IMG/VR virus record: IMGVR_UViG_3300044724_003748
Span: 1 to 33,641 of that record
DNA from: a virus
Lineage: Duplodnaviria > Caudoviricetes
DNA: 33,641 nucleotides
Reading direction: 5' to 3' (one strand)
Positions 18,243-27,497 of the stretch are shown here, one piece after another. A program made the position numbers and the translations under genes. Under the pieces are notes generated by a model. That model was given only the letters and a program-made list of their open reading frames with translations, was not told where the DNA came from and did not search any database. The first letter of the stretch is position 1. The number at the start of each line of letters is the position of its first letter.

Positions 18243-20825
18243 TTATGATTTGACTACCATCTTTGTAGCAGAAACGGCGGTCCCCGCCAATACACTTGGA
18301 TCAGCAGGTGTTGTGCCTATCGTGCCATCCGTCTGGACGTAGTATTGCTGACCAGCGGTGAGGCCCACTTGGTTGCTTGAGACAGTGCCTACGATGTCCA
18401 CGGTTGCATTGTCGCCGTCAGCTACAGAGCCTCTGGTTATCGCCAGAGTATCCGGTGTGATAACAACCCCTGTTCCGTACGAGGAGTTTCCATTGTCCCT
18501 GTAAGCTATAACCACTTTATTAGAGTCGCTATCAAAGGTGGGTGAGTTGTAAACACTGACTGCTTGTTCATAAACAAGACTAGCGTCAAACGTCATAGAT
18601 GTGCCGCTGACAGTGCCAGAAATAACAGTCCCGTAATCAGAGTTACCTCTGTCCCTGTAAGCTATTACAACTTTATTCACGTTACTATCAAATGTAGCGC
18701 CCATAAAGTCACTGTCGTTTTCATCAAACACAACCTTTGCTCCAAAGCTAATACTCGTACCAGAAACAGTCCCTACGATAGCCGTCCCGTAACCAGAATT
18801 TGCCCCGTCACGATATGCTATGACAATCTTATTCGAGTTTGAGTCAAATACGTTGGAGGTTTCTTGTACGCCTGACCCACTTTCAAATGTAACAACACTT
18901 CCAAAACTAATAGACGTTCCACTAACTGTCCCAACATAAGCCTTGCCCGTGCCACCGCCAGAACCAATAACCATTTTATTATTGCTGCTGTCAAAAGCCA
19001 GAGAGGGCCATTCCATATTAGAACTTTGGAAAACGGTTGCTGTTCCAAAACTAATCGAAGTTCCAGAAACTGTCCCAACTTTTGCGGTGCCATAGCCCGA
19101 GTTAGTGTTGTCTTGATACGCAACGACTACCTTATTTGAGCTGCTGTCAAAGGCGATGGCTGTGTCATTTGTGGAGCCATTAAATGTAACCTCAGAACCA
19201 AAGCTAATACTTGTACCAGATACCGTTCCAACAATAGCCGTGCCACTGTTTGAATTACCTCCGTCCTGATAAGCTATAACCACCTTGTTTGAATTACTGT
19301 CAAAGGTAATAGCGATTTCATTAGTGCCTCCACCATTAAATATAACAGGAGTACCAAAAGTGATGGAGGTGCCACTTACAGTCCCTACAACTGCAAAACC
19401 TCTATCCGCAGATGAGTCATTCCGATAAGCGACAACAACTTTGTTTGAGTTGCTGTCAAAAATTGCTTTTTGATACCTCGTTTCGCCGCTTACAAAAACC
19501 GCAGGGCTACCTGCGCTAGCAGGGGAACCTGTTTGGAACGCCACCCCACCAGACATACCGATGTAGTTCTCGGAGGTGAGGTTGGTGGAAGTTGAAGTAA
19601 ATGTTGGATTGTAGACCCTGTATTTCCCGTCAGAGTTAGCGTTATACGCAAGAACTAACCGCCCAACATCAGTAGCCATAGACCAACCTGTGTAACCATT
19701 GTTACCAGTGCCGCTATAAACCTCCAGCCCAGTTCCCCAGCTTATGGTTGTGCCGCTTATGGTGCCGTATTTAAGTATAATCTTATTACCAGAGGATTGA
19801 TCGTCGTATGTCATCACAACGCCACCAGTAAACCAACCTTCTATGCCCATCCAGTCAACGGAACCGCTTTGAAAGGTCACAGGAGATACAAAGGTGAGAG
19901 TAGTACCACTGACTGTACCAACGATAGAGCTACCGTATGTTGTGTTAACTTCGTCACGGCATATGATAACAATTTTTTTAGAGTCACTATCATATGCGAT
20001 GTCGTTTTGGTTGGCTTGCCCTCCTGAAAGGTAATACACTTTTGTCCCTAGCGTGATTGTTGTACCGCTAACGGTTAACGCCCTTGCAGCACCTCCGAGG
20101 CTAGGTGAGTTGTCTCGCCATGCAATAATAGTACACTGCTCTTCTGGGTGATAAACAGACCGACCATATATACCGTTGTTTCCAAACTCAACAGATGTTC
20201 CAAAGGTGATAGAAGTTCCGCTTACAGTGCCTGCGATGACATTTCCTGAAGCATCGGTGCCGTCTAAAAAGTTAACAACTACAGCCCCGGCAGATGAGTC
20301 GTAACTCGTGTCTATGTAAGTAGTTTCAGATGACTGGAATACTACAGGCGTTCCAAATGAAATACTGTTACCTGATACGGTGCCGACAACGGCTGTTCCA
20401 TAGAAGCTATTGTCTTGGTCTTGGTAGCTTATAACGACTTTACCGTTCACACTATCAAAAGCCGCAGATGTCCACTGAGTTCTACCTTCCTCAAAGACAA
20501 CGGGCGTACCCCATGTTACAGAACTACCACTTACAGTTCCAACAACCACCGTACCTTTTTGAGAATTGTTGGCATCCCTGTAAGTAATAATAGCCTTTTG
20601 ATTCACACTATCGTAAGTGCCACCCAAAAAAGAGGCTTGTTGTCCACTCGTTGTAGGTAATGCAAACTGGGTTCCTAATGTTTCCGTACCGCTTATGGAG
20701 GTCTGGCTAATAACACTAACAGTCCCATCTGAATTAACGACAACAGGCTGACCGCTCGGAAGTGTCCCAGATGCAACGGCCTTGAGCTTACCGCCCTCTT
20801 GTTTCGGAATGGTATCTAGCGCCAT
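18243..20825 (-). CDS. Repeat (beta-propeller-like) fibre/receptor-binding protein with two repeat domains
   Basis: About 50-aa repeats FDS.SNKVVIAY.D...G.A.VGTVSGTSISFG. Internal TNLTSENYIG linker. Confidence 0.7.
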   Translation of the reverse strand: MALDTIPKQEGGKLKAVASGTLPSGQPVVVNSDGTVSVISQTSISGTETLGTQFALPTTSGQQASFLGGTYDSVNQKAIITYRDANNSQKGTVVVGTVSGSSVTWGTPVVFEEGRTQWTSAAFDSVNGKVVISYQDQDNSFYGTAVVGTVSGNSISFGTPVVFQSSETTYIDTSYDSSAGAVVVNFLDGTDASGNVIAGTVSGTSITFGTSVEFGNNGIYGRSVYHPEEQCTIIAWRDNSPSLGGAARALTVSGTTITLGTKVYYLSGGQANQNDIAYDSDSKKIVIICRDEVNTTYGSSIVGTVSGTTLTFVSPVTFQSGSVDWMGIEGWFTGGVVMTYDDQSSGNKIILKYGTISGTTISWGTGLEVYSGTGNNGYTGWSMATDVGRLVLAYNANSDGKYRVYNPTFTSTSTNLTSENYIGMSGGVAFQTGSPASAGSPAVFVSGETRYQKAIFDSNSNKVVVAYRNDSSADRGFAVVGTVSGTSITFGTPVIFNGGGTNEIAITFDSNSNKVVIAYQDGGNSNSGTAIVGTVSGTSISFGSEVTFNGSTNDTAIAFDSSSNKVVVAYQDNTNSGYGTAKVGTVSGTSISFGTATVFQSSNMEWPSLAFDSSNNKMVIGSGGGTGKAYVGTVSGTSISFGSVVTFESGSGVQETSNVFDSNSNKIVIAYRDGANSGYGTAIVGTVSGTSISFGAKVVFDENDSDFMGATFDSNVNKVVIAYRDRGNSDYGTVISGTVSGTSMTFDASLVYEQAVSVYNSPTFDSDSNKVVIAYRDNGNSSYGTGVVITPDTLAITRGSVADGDNATVDIVGTVSSNQVGLTAGQQYYVQTDGTIGTTPADPSVLAGTAVSATKMVVKS

Positions 20826-20828
20826 GTC

Positions 20829-22286
20829 TTAGCCCTTCACGATAAGTTTGGTTGCAGCTACAGCAGTGCCAGCGAATACACTTGGGTCTGCGGGGGTAGT
20901 CCCCAGTGTGCCGTCCGTCTGGACGTAGTAACTCTGACCTGCGGTCAAGCCAGATTGGTTCTCGTCCACAGCGCCCTTGATGTTGATCTTAGCAGCCTTG
21001 CCATCAGGTGCGCCTGTAGCGGCAATGCCGATGTAGTTCTCTGAGGTGAGGTTGGTGGAGCCTATTGCATAAGTAAGGGCATTGCCTTTACTACTGTCCC
21101 CAATATCACGATACGCTATAACATTTTTTGTTTGCGCTGCGTTGTAAACAACTGAAACTGAAGTGGTATCAGCATCGTTAAATTCTACCTCAGCCTCAAA
21201 AGAAATGTTTGTGCCGCTTACAGTACCTACCCGCAAAAACCCATCTGACGCATCTGCTCCTGACCTATACGCGACTATAACTTTTCCAGAGGCTATATCA
21301 TAAGTTGCGCCTTGGCCTTCGGTATTACCCGAATTGTAAGTTACCTCTGTCCCAAAGCTAAGTGTTGTGCCAGATAAAGTAGCCACCCTAGACTGACCAC
21401 TATCGCTACTTACGGCATCTTGGTAGAAAAACACTGTTTTATTATTTACTGTATCTCTTGCCAGAGCAATATGCTGTGCATTACTTGAAAAAGCGACACC
21501 ACCACCAAAAGAAACAGAGTTTCCTGAAATCGTGCCTACTTTACTTTCTCCCTGAAAAGACGCACTTACATCTGTAATGCCGACAATATGCTTTTGCGCT
21601 GTCTCATCATATATAGATTTATTGTAGTAAGCCTGACCATTAAAATAAGTAACCTTACTGCCAAACGTGATACTTGTGCCACTTACCGTTCCAACGAAAG
21701 CTGCGCCTTTATTTGAATCTGACGCATCTCTAAAAACAATTAAAACTTTGTTTTGAGCAATATCGTAACTTGCCGATGTGTCAGAAGTTGTGCCTGAATA
21801 AAAAACTACAGGGGTACCAAAACTTATAGTTGTGCCTGATACTGTACCAATCACACAAGTTCCATAGTCGCTATTGCCATTATCCGCATAAGAGATAACA
21901 ACTTTATTATTAGAAGTGTCATAGCACATACCCATGGTTCCAGATGCAGTAGTGCCGCCCGATACTGCGCCAGATTCAAAAGTTGCCGCTGATCCAAAAG
22001 TAAGAGAAGTTCCAGAAATACTTCCTACTACTGCTTTACCTTTATTTGAGTCACCAGAATCTACATAAGCAATTACGACATTCTGACTATCTGGATCATA
22101 CACGGATATTGTGGATGTAATTGTATTTGTACTAAAAGTAGCTTCTGATCCTGCTCCTTCAGATTGACCTGAAACAACACTAACAGTGCCATCGCTATTC
22201 ACAACTACAGTGCCACCCGTGGACAACGCACCACTGGCAACGGCCTGTACTTCTCTCGCTTTTCCAGCGTTACCAATGATGCGCAT
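20829..22286 (-). CDS. Repeat (beta-propeller-like) fibre/receptor-binding protein, paralog 2
   Basis: Same repeats, with N- and C-terminal segments shared with 18243-20825. Confidence 0.7.
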   Translation of the reverse strand: MRIIGNAGKAREVQAVASGALSTGGTVVVNSDGTVSVVSGQSEGAGSEATFSTNTITSTISVYDPDSQNVVIAYVDSGDSNKGKAVVGSISGTSLTFGSAATFESGAVSGGTTASGTMGMCYDTSNNKVVISYADNGNSDYGTCVIGTVSGTTISFGTPVVFYSGTTSDTSASYDIAQNKVLIVFRDASDSNKGAAFVGTVSGTSITFGSKVTYFNGQAYYNKSIYDETAQKHIVGITDVSASFQGESKVGTISGNSVSFGGGVAFSSNAQHIALARDTVNNKTVFFYQDAVSSDSGQSRVATLSGTTLSFGTEVTYNSGNTEGQGATYDIASGKVIVAYRSGADASDGFLRVGTVSGTNISFEAEVEFNDADTTSVSVVYNAAQTKNVIAYRDIGDSSKGNALTYAIGSTNLTSENYIGIAATGAPDGKAAKINIKGAVDENQSGLTAGQSYYVQTDGTLGTTPADPSVFAGTAVAATKLIVKG

Positions 22287-22291
22287 TTAGA

Positions 22292-22555
22292 TTATTCCTC
22301 GTCGTCGAGTGTCGGGTCTACCCAATCAGGGTTCAAGGTCCAAGTAGTGCCGTCAAAGAAATACTTGTTGCCAGACCAGTCGTCTGGGGCGTTGGTCACG
22401 TTGTCAGTGACGGTCACTGTGGTGCTGTTCAAGTCACCAATGATGAACTGTGCAGGATCACCCACTGTGATGTTGTCTGCCGTGGCAGTAATGGTCACGT
22501 CATCAGCAAGGAGGTACTTGCTCAAGCCGCTAGATGTTTCAACGATGGTCTTCAT
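22292..22555 (-). CDS. Small acidic fibre-associated protein
   Basis: 87 aa between paralogous repeat genes. P.DW.GNKY.FDG..W..NPDW motif. Confidence 0.65.
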   Translation of the reverse strand: MKTIVETSSGLSKYLLADDVTITATADNITVGDPAQFIIGDLNSTTVTVTDNVTNAPDDWSGNKYFFDGTTWTLNPDWVDPTLDDEE

Positions 22556-22559
22556 CAGT

Positions 22560-23990
22560 TTAACCTTTCACGATGATTTCAGTAGATGAGATAGCAGTGC
22601 CAGCCACGACAGACGGATTAGCCGCCGTTGTACCTAGAGAGCCATCAGTTTGAACATAGTAAGTCTGACCCGCAGTCAAGCCGCTCTGGTTGCGGTCCAC
22701 GGTGCAGGTAGAGTTGACCAAGGCGCTCTGCGTGTCAGCATATGTGTGCGCAGCGAAGCCAAGGAAGTTCTCGGAGGTGAGGTTGGTGTCATTGTACGCA
22801 GGTCTAAGAACAAAGGCGTTTCCGTACTGCTGACCGCCGCTTGCGTATGCTAATGTCAATTTACCACTGCTCCCGTAGTCAGTTGCAAAGGAGTTAAAAA
22901 ACACGTTAGGTGAGCCGTAATTTGTTTCACTCCCAAAGCTAATAGAATTATCTGAGGGATCGACGGTTCCGATAAAAGAAACACCCTGAGTGGTAAAGCC
23001 CGCAACTCCAACTTTACCCGCTAAAGAACTATAACCCACAGCAACCCATATAATTCCTTCCGCTTTCCATACCACGGGAGTGCCAAAAGAAATAGATGTT
23101 CCGCTGACGGTGCCTACAACAGCTTCTGCGTAACCCGAAGTGCCTCTATACGCAGCTACCACTCTGTTGTTGGTGGTGTCGTAAGTACAAGCGACATAAG
23201 AGGGCATGATGCCTGTTTTGTAAGCTACTGGGCTACCAAACGAAATGGATGTTCCGCTGACAGTGCCTACAACGCCTCTGCCTTCGTTACTAGCACTAGC
23301 ATAAATTACCACAACATTTGTAGCGTCTGGATCGTACACACAAGAGGTGTATAGTGAATGTGCGCTGTCGAAGACAACGGGCGTCCCAAACGAAATAGAG
23401 GTTCCGCTGACAGTGCCGACTACCGCAGTTCCATACGAACTATTGCTGTCATCTGAGTAAGAGATCACAACTTTGCCAGAGGCTACATCATAGGTAGAAC
23501 CAATGTAATCTGTAACCCCTGACTCAAATTGAACAACCGTTCCAAAGGTTAGAGTTGTGCCGCTTATAGACGCCACGCGAGACCTGCCACGGTTACTAAA
23601 ACCGGGGTCTTTGAATGAGACAACAACATTTCCAGTCGAATGATCTATTGTAGTCGCAGTGTATGTAAAACTCTGGGATGTGCTTACAGTAGTTGCAGAA
23701 CCAAAACTTATAGTCTCGCCACTTACTGTACCAACTACGGAATAAAGGTATTGAGAGGTTCCTTGATAGGTGACAACCAAAACTCCATCGTGCATATCGG
23801 AGCTAATGTAGGTTGCAGAGTTGCCGCTTTCATAGACAACAGGCGTTCCGTAGTTTTGAGAAACACTCGTCTCGATAACAACACTCACAGTCCCATCGCT
23901 GTTCACAACGACAGTATCACCACTGGGCAAAGCACCAGAAGCCACCGCCCTTACCTGAGCGTCTTTCTCTACATTGCCGATCAAACGCAT
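22560..23990 (-). CDS. Repeat (beta-propeller-like) fibre/receptor-binding protein, paralog 3
   Basis: Same repeats and terminal segments. SD GGAGAG. Confidence 0.7.
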   Translation of the reverse strand: MRLIGNVEKDAQVRAVASGALPSGDTVVVNSDGTVSVVIETSVSQNYGTPVVYESGNSATYISSDMHDGVLVVTYQGTSQYLYSVVGTVSGETISFGSATTVSTSQSFTYTATTIDHSTGNVVVSFKDPGFSNRGRSRVASISGTTLTFGTVVQFESGVTDYIGSTYDVASGKVVISYSDDSNSSYGTAVVGTVSGTSISFGTPVVFDSAHSLYTSCVYDPDATNVVVIYASASNEGRGVVGTVSGTSISFGSPVAYKTGIMPSYVACTYDTTNNRVVAAYRGTSGYAEAVVGTVSGTSISFGTPVVWKAEGIIWVAVGYSSLAGKVGVAGFTTQGVSFIGTVDPSDNSISFGSETNYGSPNVFFNSFATDYGSSGKLTLAYASGGQQYGNAFVLRPAYNDTNLTSENFLGFAAHTYADTQSALVNSTCTVDRNQSGLTAGQTYYVQTDGSLGTTAANPSVVAGTAISSTEIIVKG

Positions 23991-24001
23991 GGCGGCTCTC
24001 C

Positions 24002-24376
24002 TTACGAGATTTCTTCGTAGCTCACAATAACTTCGAGATCGTTGGCTGCACTAGCCGTTGCTGTGATCGACTTGTCTTCTTCGAGATACAGAGCCGTGCT
24101 TTTATCTAGCGCAATCAATGAAGCGTCAGCAGGAACCGATGCAGTCGCAACCAGCGAGTAAGCTGTGCCACCGCCAGCAGCGGCGCTGTGAACGTCAACA
24201 GTAACGTCAGCGGCGTTTGTGCCATCGACGTTTGCGACTTGGATCATGTTGATCTTAAACACCTTGCCCGATGATGCAGCGTTGCTGACCAGCGTTGTCT
24301 GTGAAGTTGTCGAAAGCGCGATCGTAGCAGATTTGCCGGTGATCGTGGTTACGTCTACAATATTTGGGGCTGCCAT
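24002..24376 (-). CDS. Tail-fibre-associated beta-rich protein
   Basis: 124 aa, SD GAGGAG, in the fibre block. Confidence 0.65.
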   Translation of the reverse strand: MAAPNIVDVTTITGKSATIALSTTSQTTLVSNAASSGKVFKINMIQVANVDGTNAADVTVDVHSAAAGGGTAYSLVATASVPADASLIALDKSTALYLEEDKSITATASAANDLEVIVSYEEIS

Positions 24377-24387
24377 TTGTTATCTCC

Positions 24388-25065
24388 TCAGCCGAACACG
24401 ATTGACATGGCAATAGCCTTGCCTGTTGAAATGCCCGCATCGCCAAAGCTGACAGTGCCAGAGCCGTTTGTTACCAGTGCTTGACCGGTAGTGCCGTCAG
24501 ATGTCGGCAGTGTAAGTGCATCCACAAAACCTTGTAGGTTTGCGTCATACGCCAATACATCGGAGCCAATGGCCACGCCCAAATTAGTACGAGAAGTACC
24601 GGCGTCTGCAACGTCCGAAAGGTTGTTGGCCGAAGTAAGAACACCAGACAAGTCTGTGCTAAAGCTCGATACGGCAGCGGCAGCGCCAGCACCATCGCAG
24701 TAGATGATGTCTGTTGCACCGTCTGCAATCGTGACATTTGCGCCAGAACCTTGCGAGATAATAACACTCTGACCGGAGTTGTTCACCACAAAGAACTGCT
24801 TGGCCTGGTCGTTTGGCGAAACCGTTACCGTGTTTGTGCCGCTGGGCGAACCGCCGAAAACCAAAACTTTGTACTGCCCATCGGACAGAGCGCCGTCTGT
24901 AGTTGTCAGCGTGTGCGTTGTACCAGACAAGGAGATCGAACCGACGCCATTGGTAAGGCGATCGATGATCTCCAGGTTTGTATTCGTAGTATCGCCCCAT
25001 GTGCCCGACTGCTCGCCGTTGGCAATGAGTTCAATACCAGTGTTGATCGTGTATGTACTAGCCAT
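24388..25065 (-). CDS. Tail fibre proximal/structural protein
   Basis: GEQSGTWG N-terminal anchor, NNLSDV and LPTSDGTTGQAL.TNGSG fibre motifs. Confidence 0.7.
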   Translation of the reverse strand: MASTYTINTGIELIANGEQSGTWGDTTNTNLEIIDRLTNGVGSISLSGTTHTLTTTDGALSDGQYKVLVFGGSPSGTNTVTVSPNDQAKQFFVVNNSGQSVIISQGSGANVTIADGATDIIYCDGAGAAAAVSSFSTDLSGVLTSANNLSDVADAGTSRTNLGVAIGSDVLAYDANLQGFVDALTLPTSDGTTGQALVTNGSGTVSFGDAGISTGKAIAMSIVFG

Positions 25066-25085
25066 GAGTTACCTTTGAGCCTCCG

Positions 25086-26081
25086 TCACGGGTTAATCGT
25101 AGTATAGCTGGTTGTTGTGCTTGGCACAACAGGTGTCCACCCAGTGCTTGGATTGGGAACAATACGACCCCAAACCAGAACGCCCCAAGGGGATATAAGT
25201 CCATCAGCAGACACGCCTGTTACGTCAACATCTATGCCTGTACCTGTGGTGACACTAACAGAGCCAACCGCAGATGTCATCTCAAAACCAGTTACTGGAA
25301 TACGCTGGTTAACTTGAGTTGTAACTTCGCCAACTTGCCCAGTCGCTTCGAGCGGAAGCGTAACAGGCTGGCTCCAAGCACCCGCACCCCAAGAGTTGCG
25401 TCCCCAGCCTTCAAAGAAGACCAGTGCGTCTTGGCGGATAGATGTGACCAAACCGTCTGCGGCCACACCCACAGGGCTAACAACAGCAATACCTGTAGCA
25501 GTGACAGTGCCCACACCGCCCGTAGCTTCAAGGCCTGTTGTAATAGGAGCGGTAGAACCAGTTGCTACGACGCTATTAACAGCAGCTGCCCCAGCGGAAC
25601 CTACAACGGGGACGTTTACCCCGGAGCCCTCGCCAATTGTAACACCTTCAATCCCGCTCGTAGCTTCTACGCCCGTAACAACTGCAGCCACCAAAGCACG
25701 GAAAGTAACTTCACCCACATCGCCGGCGACTTCCACACCAGATACGACAGCAGATGCCCCAGCCGTAACGGACACTGACCCGACGGAACCACTAGCGGCA
25801 ACGCCTGTAGTTGGAACCTCGGTGGTGCCAGATGTCGTCACAATCCCTACAGCGGCACTGCCTACCTGCCCAGTTATAATCGGTTGGACATTGATAACAA
25901 TGGAGACAGCTCCAACACTACCTATGGCAGCAACACCGTCAGGCAGCGCAAAAGCAGCGCCAACAACAGTTACGTCATTGGTGCTGCCCGTGGCTTGAAC
26001 GCCTGAAACTAAGACTGGAGCAGGTTGACTCCACGGCCCTTCAGACCATGTCCCTCGACTCCATCCTGTGATGCTTACCAT
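25086..26081 (-). CDS. Val/Gly/Thr-rich virion structural protein with Trp-Gly motifs
   Basis: Repeats of (T/S)GV.A.G.VG.V.V. GW...W..G.W motifs. Confidence 0.65.
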   Translation of the reverse strand: MVSITGWSRGTWSEGPWSQPAPVLVSGVQATGSTNDVTVVGAAFALPDGVAAIGSVGAVSIVINVQPIITGQVGSAAVGIVTTSGTTEVPTTGVAASGSVGSVSVTAGASAVVSGVEVAGDVGEVTFRALVAAVVTGVEATSGIEGVTIGEGSGVNVPVVGSAGAAAVNSVVATGSTAPITTGLEATGGVGTVTATGIAVVSPVGVAADGLVTSIRQDALVFFEGWGRNSWGAGAWSQPVTLPLEATGQVGEVTTQVNQRIPVTGFEMTSAVGSVSVTTGTGIDVDVTGVSADGLISPWGVLVWGRIVPNPSTGWTPVVPSTTTSYTTINP

Positions 26082-26111
26082 AGCCAGTCACCCCTTTGTA
26101 GGCTGAGTGAC

Positions 26112-26549
26112 TTAGGCGATTCGGATAATAGCCGTCGAAGAGTCCGCTGTCGGGAAAACAATCTGAAAGTCGCCAGCAGTGGATGTTTTGTCTGCGCCAA
26201 AATCCAGAACAACAACAGAAGGATCTCCAGCTGCCGTATCGTTGTAGATCAATGCGCCACGTGCCGTGATGGTGGCTGACGTGAAGGTCAGGTCATCAAA
26301 GTCTGTGAACGCTGTCGTACCAGATGTTGTCGGTGTGACATTGGTCAACGCGCCGCCACCAGCTGCATAGGAGCCAGAGTCGCCTACTTCGTTCGTCGCT
26401 GTGTACGCAGTGGTAGCTGCGGTGAACGATGCGTTGTTGTCATAGAGAGCCAACTTGAACGTGTTGCCAGTGCTGGTCGTGAAGTTGTGTACGCCTTGCA
26501 GGATTTCCTGCTTGAACGAGGTACACATGAAATTGCCGGTAAAAGCCAT
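26112..26549 (-). CDS. Virion structural protein (145 aa)
   Basis: SFK.E...FKLALY...Y.AGG..L...ARGALIYN...VLDFG pattern common in phage tail/collar proteins. Confidence 0.7.
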   Translation of the reverse strand: MAFTGNFMCTSFKQEILQGVHNFTTSTGNTFKLALYDNNASFTAATTAYTATNEVGDSGSYAAGGGALTNVTPTTSGTTAFTDFDDLTFTSATITARGALIYNDTAAGDPSVVVLDFGADKTSTAGDFQIVFPTADSSTAIIRIA

Positions 26550-26550
26550 G

Positions 26551-26847
26551 TCAAAGTTTCCTTATCAGGTCTGCAAGGTCGGGGTGACCTGCTTCGGTGA
26601 GTGCATTATACACAGTTGTGCGGTCGCTGCGAACCGCTTGTTTCAAGTAATGCTCGACTACCTTTTCGATATGCTTTTGGAAAGCAACCGCCTGGTCCCG
26701 GATAGCGGGAGGTGCAGTGTCGGCCACTGAAACAACTTTCTGCGCGCACTGTGCAGCAAGCTCCTCGGGAGTGAACCCCCGGTTGTTGGTTGCGCGAACA
26801 CCAACGAGAGGAGCATCTTGCTTTACACTAAGGTTTAAACTGAACAT
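26551..26847 (-). CDS. Hypothetical phage protein
   Basis: TGATG-coupled, colinear in the structural operon. Confidence 0.65.
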   Translation of the reverse strand: MFSLNLSVKQDAPLVGVRATNNRGFTPEELAAQCAQKVVSVADTAPPAIRDQAVAFQKHIEKVVEHYLKQAVRSDRTTVYNALTEAGHPDLADLIRKL

Positions 26848-27497
26848 CAGCTTTTAGGCCTCACTACTTGACCAGTCCGATACTGATCTGTGGTTTCTTT
26901 GGCTTCGCCCAGTAACTTGATGCCAATTATAGATTCTTGCAAACGCTTTTCATACGTCGCCAAAACATCAGGCTCACCTTTCATAAAGATATACGCTTCT
27001 AAAAGAGACCCGTAAAGCATCGCCATTTCCGCATTAGTACTGAGCCAAGTCGTCCCGCTATCGGAAAGATCGGTGATGCTCTGCGGACGATACAAGTAAT
27101 GCAGCTCCATTGTAAACTCATCATCAGGCGTCGGCGCCAAAAGAAAGTAGTCTACATCAAACTGTGCATAGTACTTGGGGGTGCCAGTAGTCGTAGTATC
27201 AGGATTGTACTGCTGTACAAAAGACACGTCTTTGAAGTCCAGAAAGGAGCGGTCGCCATTGCTGCCGCGATAGGACAAAGAATAAGGTGCCAAGAAATCT
27301 GATGGAACAGCCAGGTACGGATTGCCGTTGTCAGAGAAGGCAGTAGCATTTTTACGGAAAAGACTAAGCTGAACCTGTTTGAGAATGCGCTCTTCAGCTT
27401 GGCGAATGAACAACGGAATGTTGTTGACGAAAGTGGTTTCGTCGTACTCCGTGTAATCCTCAATTGCCTGCTTGAGTTGGCCGTATGTAAAGCTCAT
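26847..27497 (-). CDS. Head-tail adaptor / tail tubular protein A-like
   Basis: FI..AE.RI, G.PKYYA, LAPTPD, LLYGSL.EA-type motifs. Confidence 0.7.
   Translation of the reverse strand: MSFTYGQLKQAIEDYTEYDETTFVNNIPLFIRQAEERILKQVQLSLFRKNATAFSDNGNPYLAVPSDFLAPYSLSYRGSNGDRSFLDFKDVSFVQQYNPDTTTTGTPKYYAQFDVDYFLLAPTPDDEFTMELHYLYRPQSITDLSDSGTTWLSTNAEMAMLYGSLLEAYIFMKGEPDVLATYEKRLQESIIGIKLLGEAKETTDQYRTGQVVRPKS

Noticed and set aside
20787-20804. KQEGGKL in the 860-aa protein (and NEGGWH, EEGGGY in the nozzle) as extra xxGG tags
   Set aside because: They lack the V/I at +2 and are not shared by the paralogs, so they are likely chance matches.
18243-23990. CRISPR array or diversity-generating retroelement in the repeat region
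   Set aside because: Repeats are degenerate, in-frame protein repeats. There is no repeat-spacer structure, reverse transcriptase, or adenine-specific TR/VR pair.
25396-25998. 200-aa Thr/Pro-rich + strand ORF (and similar ones at 7548-8177, 11220-11648, 14365-14907)
   Set aside because: Antisense shadows of Val/Gly/Ala-rich minus-strand genes, with no SD or recognisable motifs.
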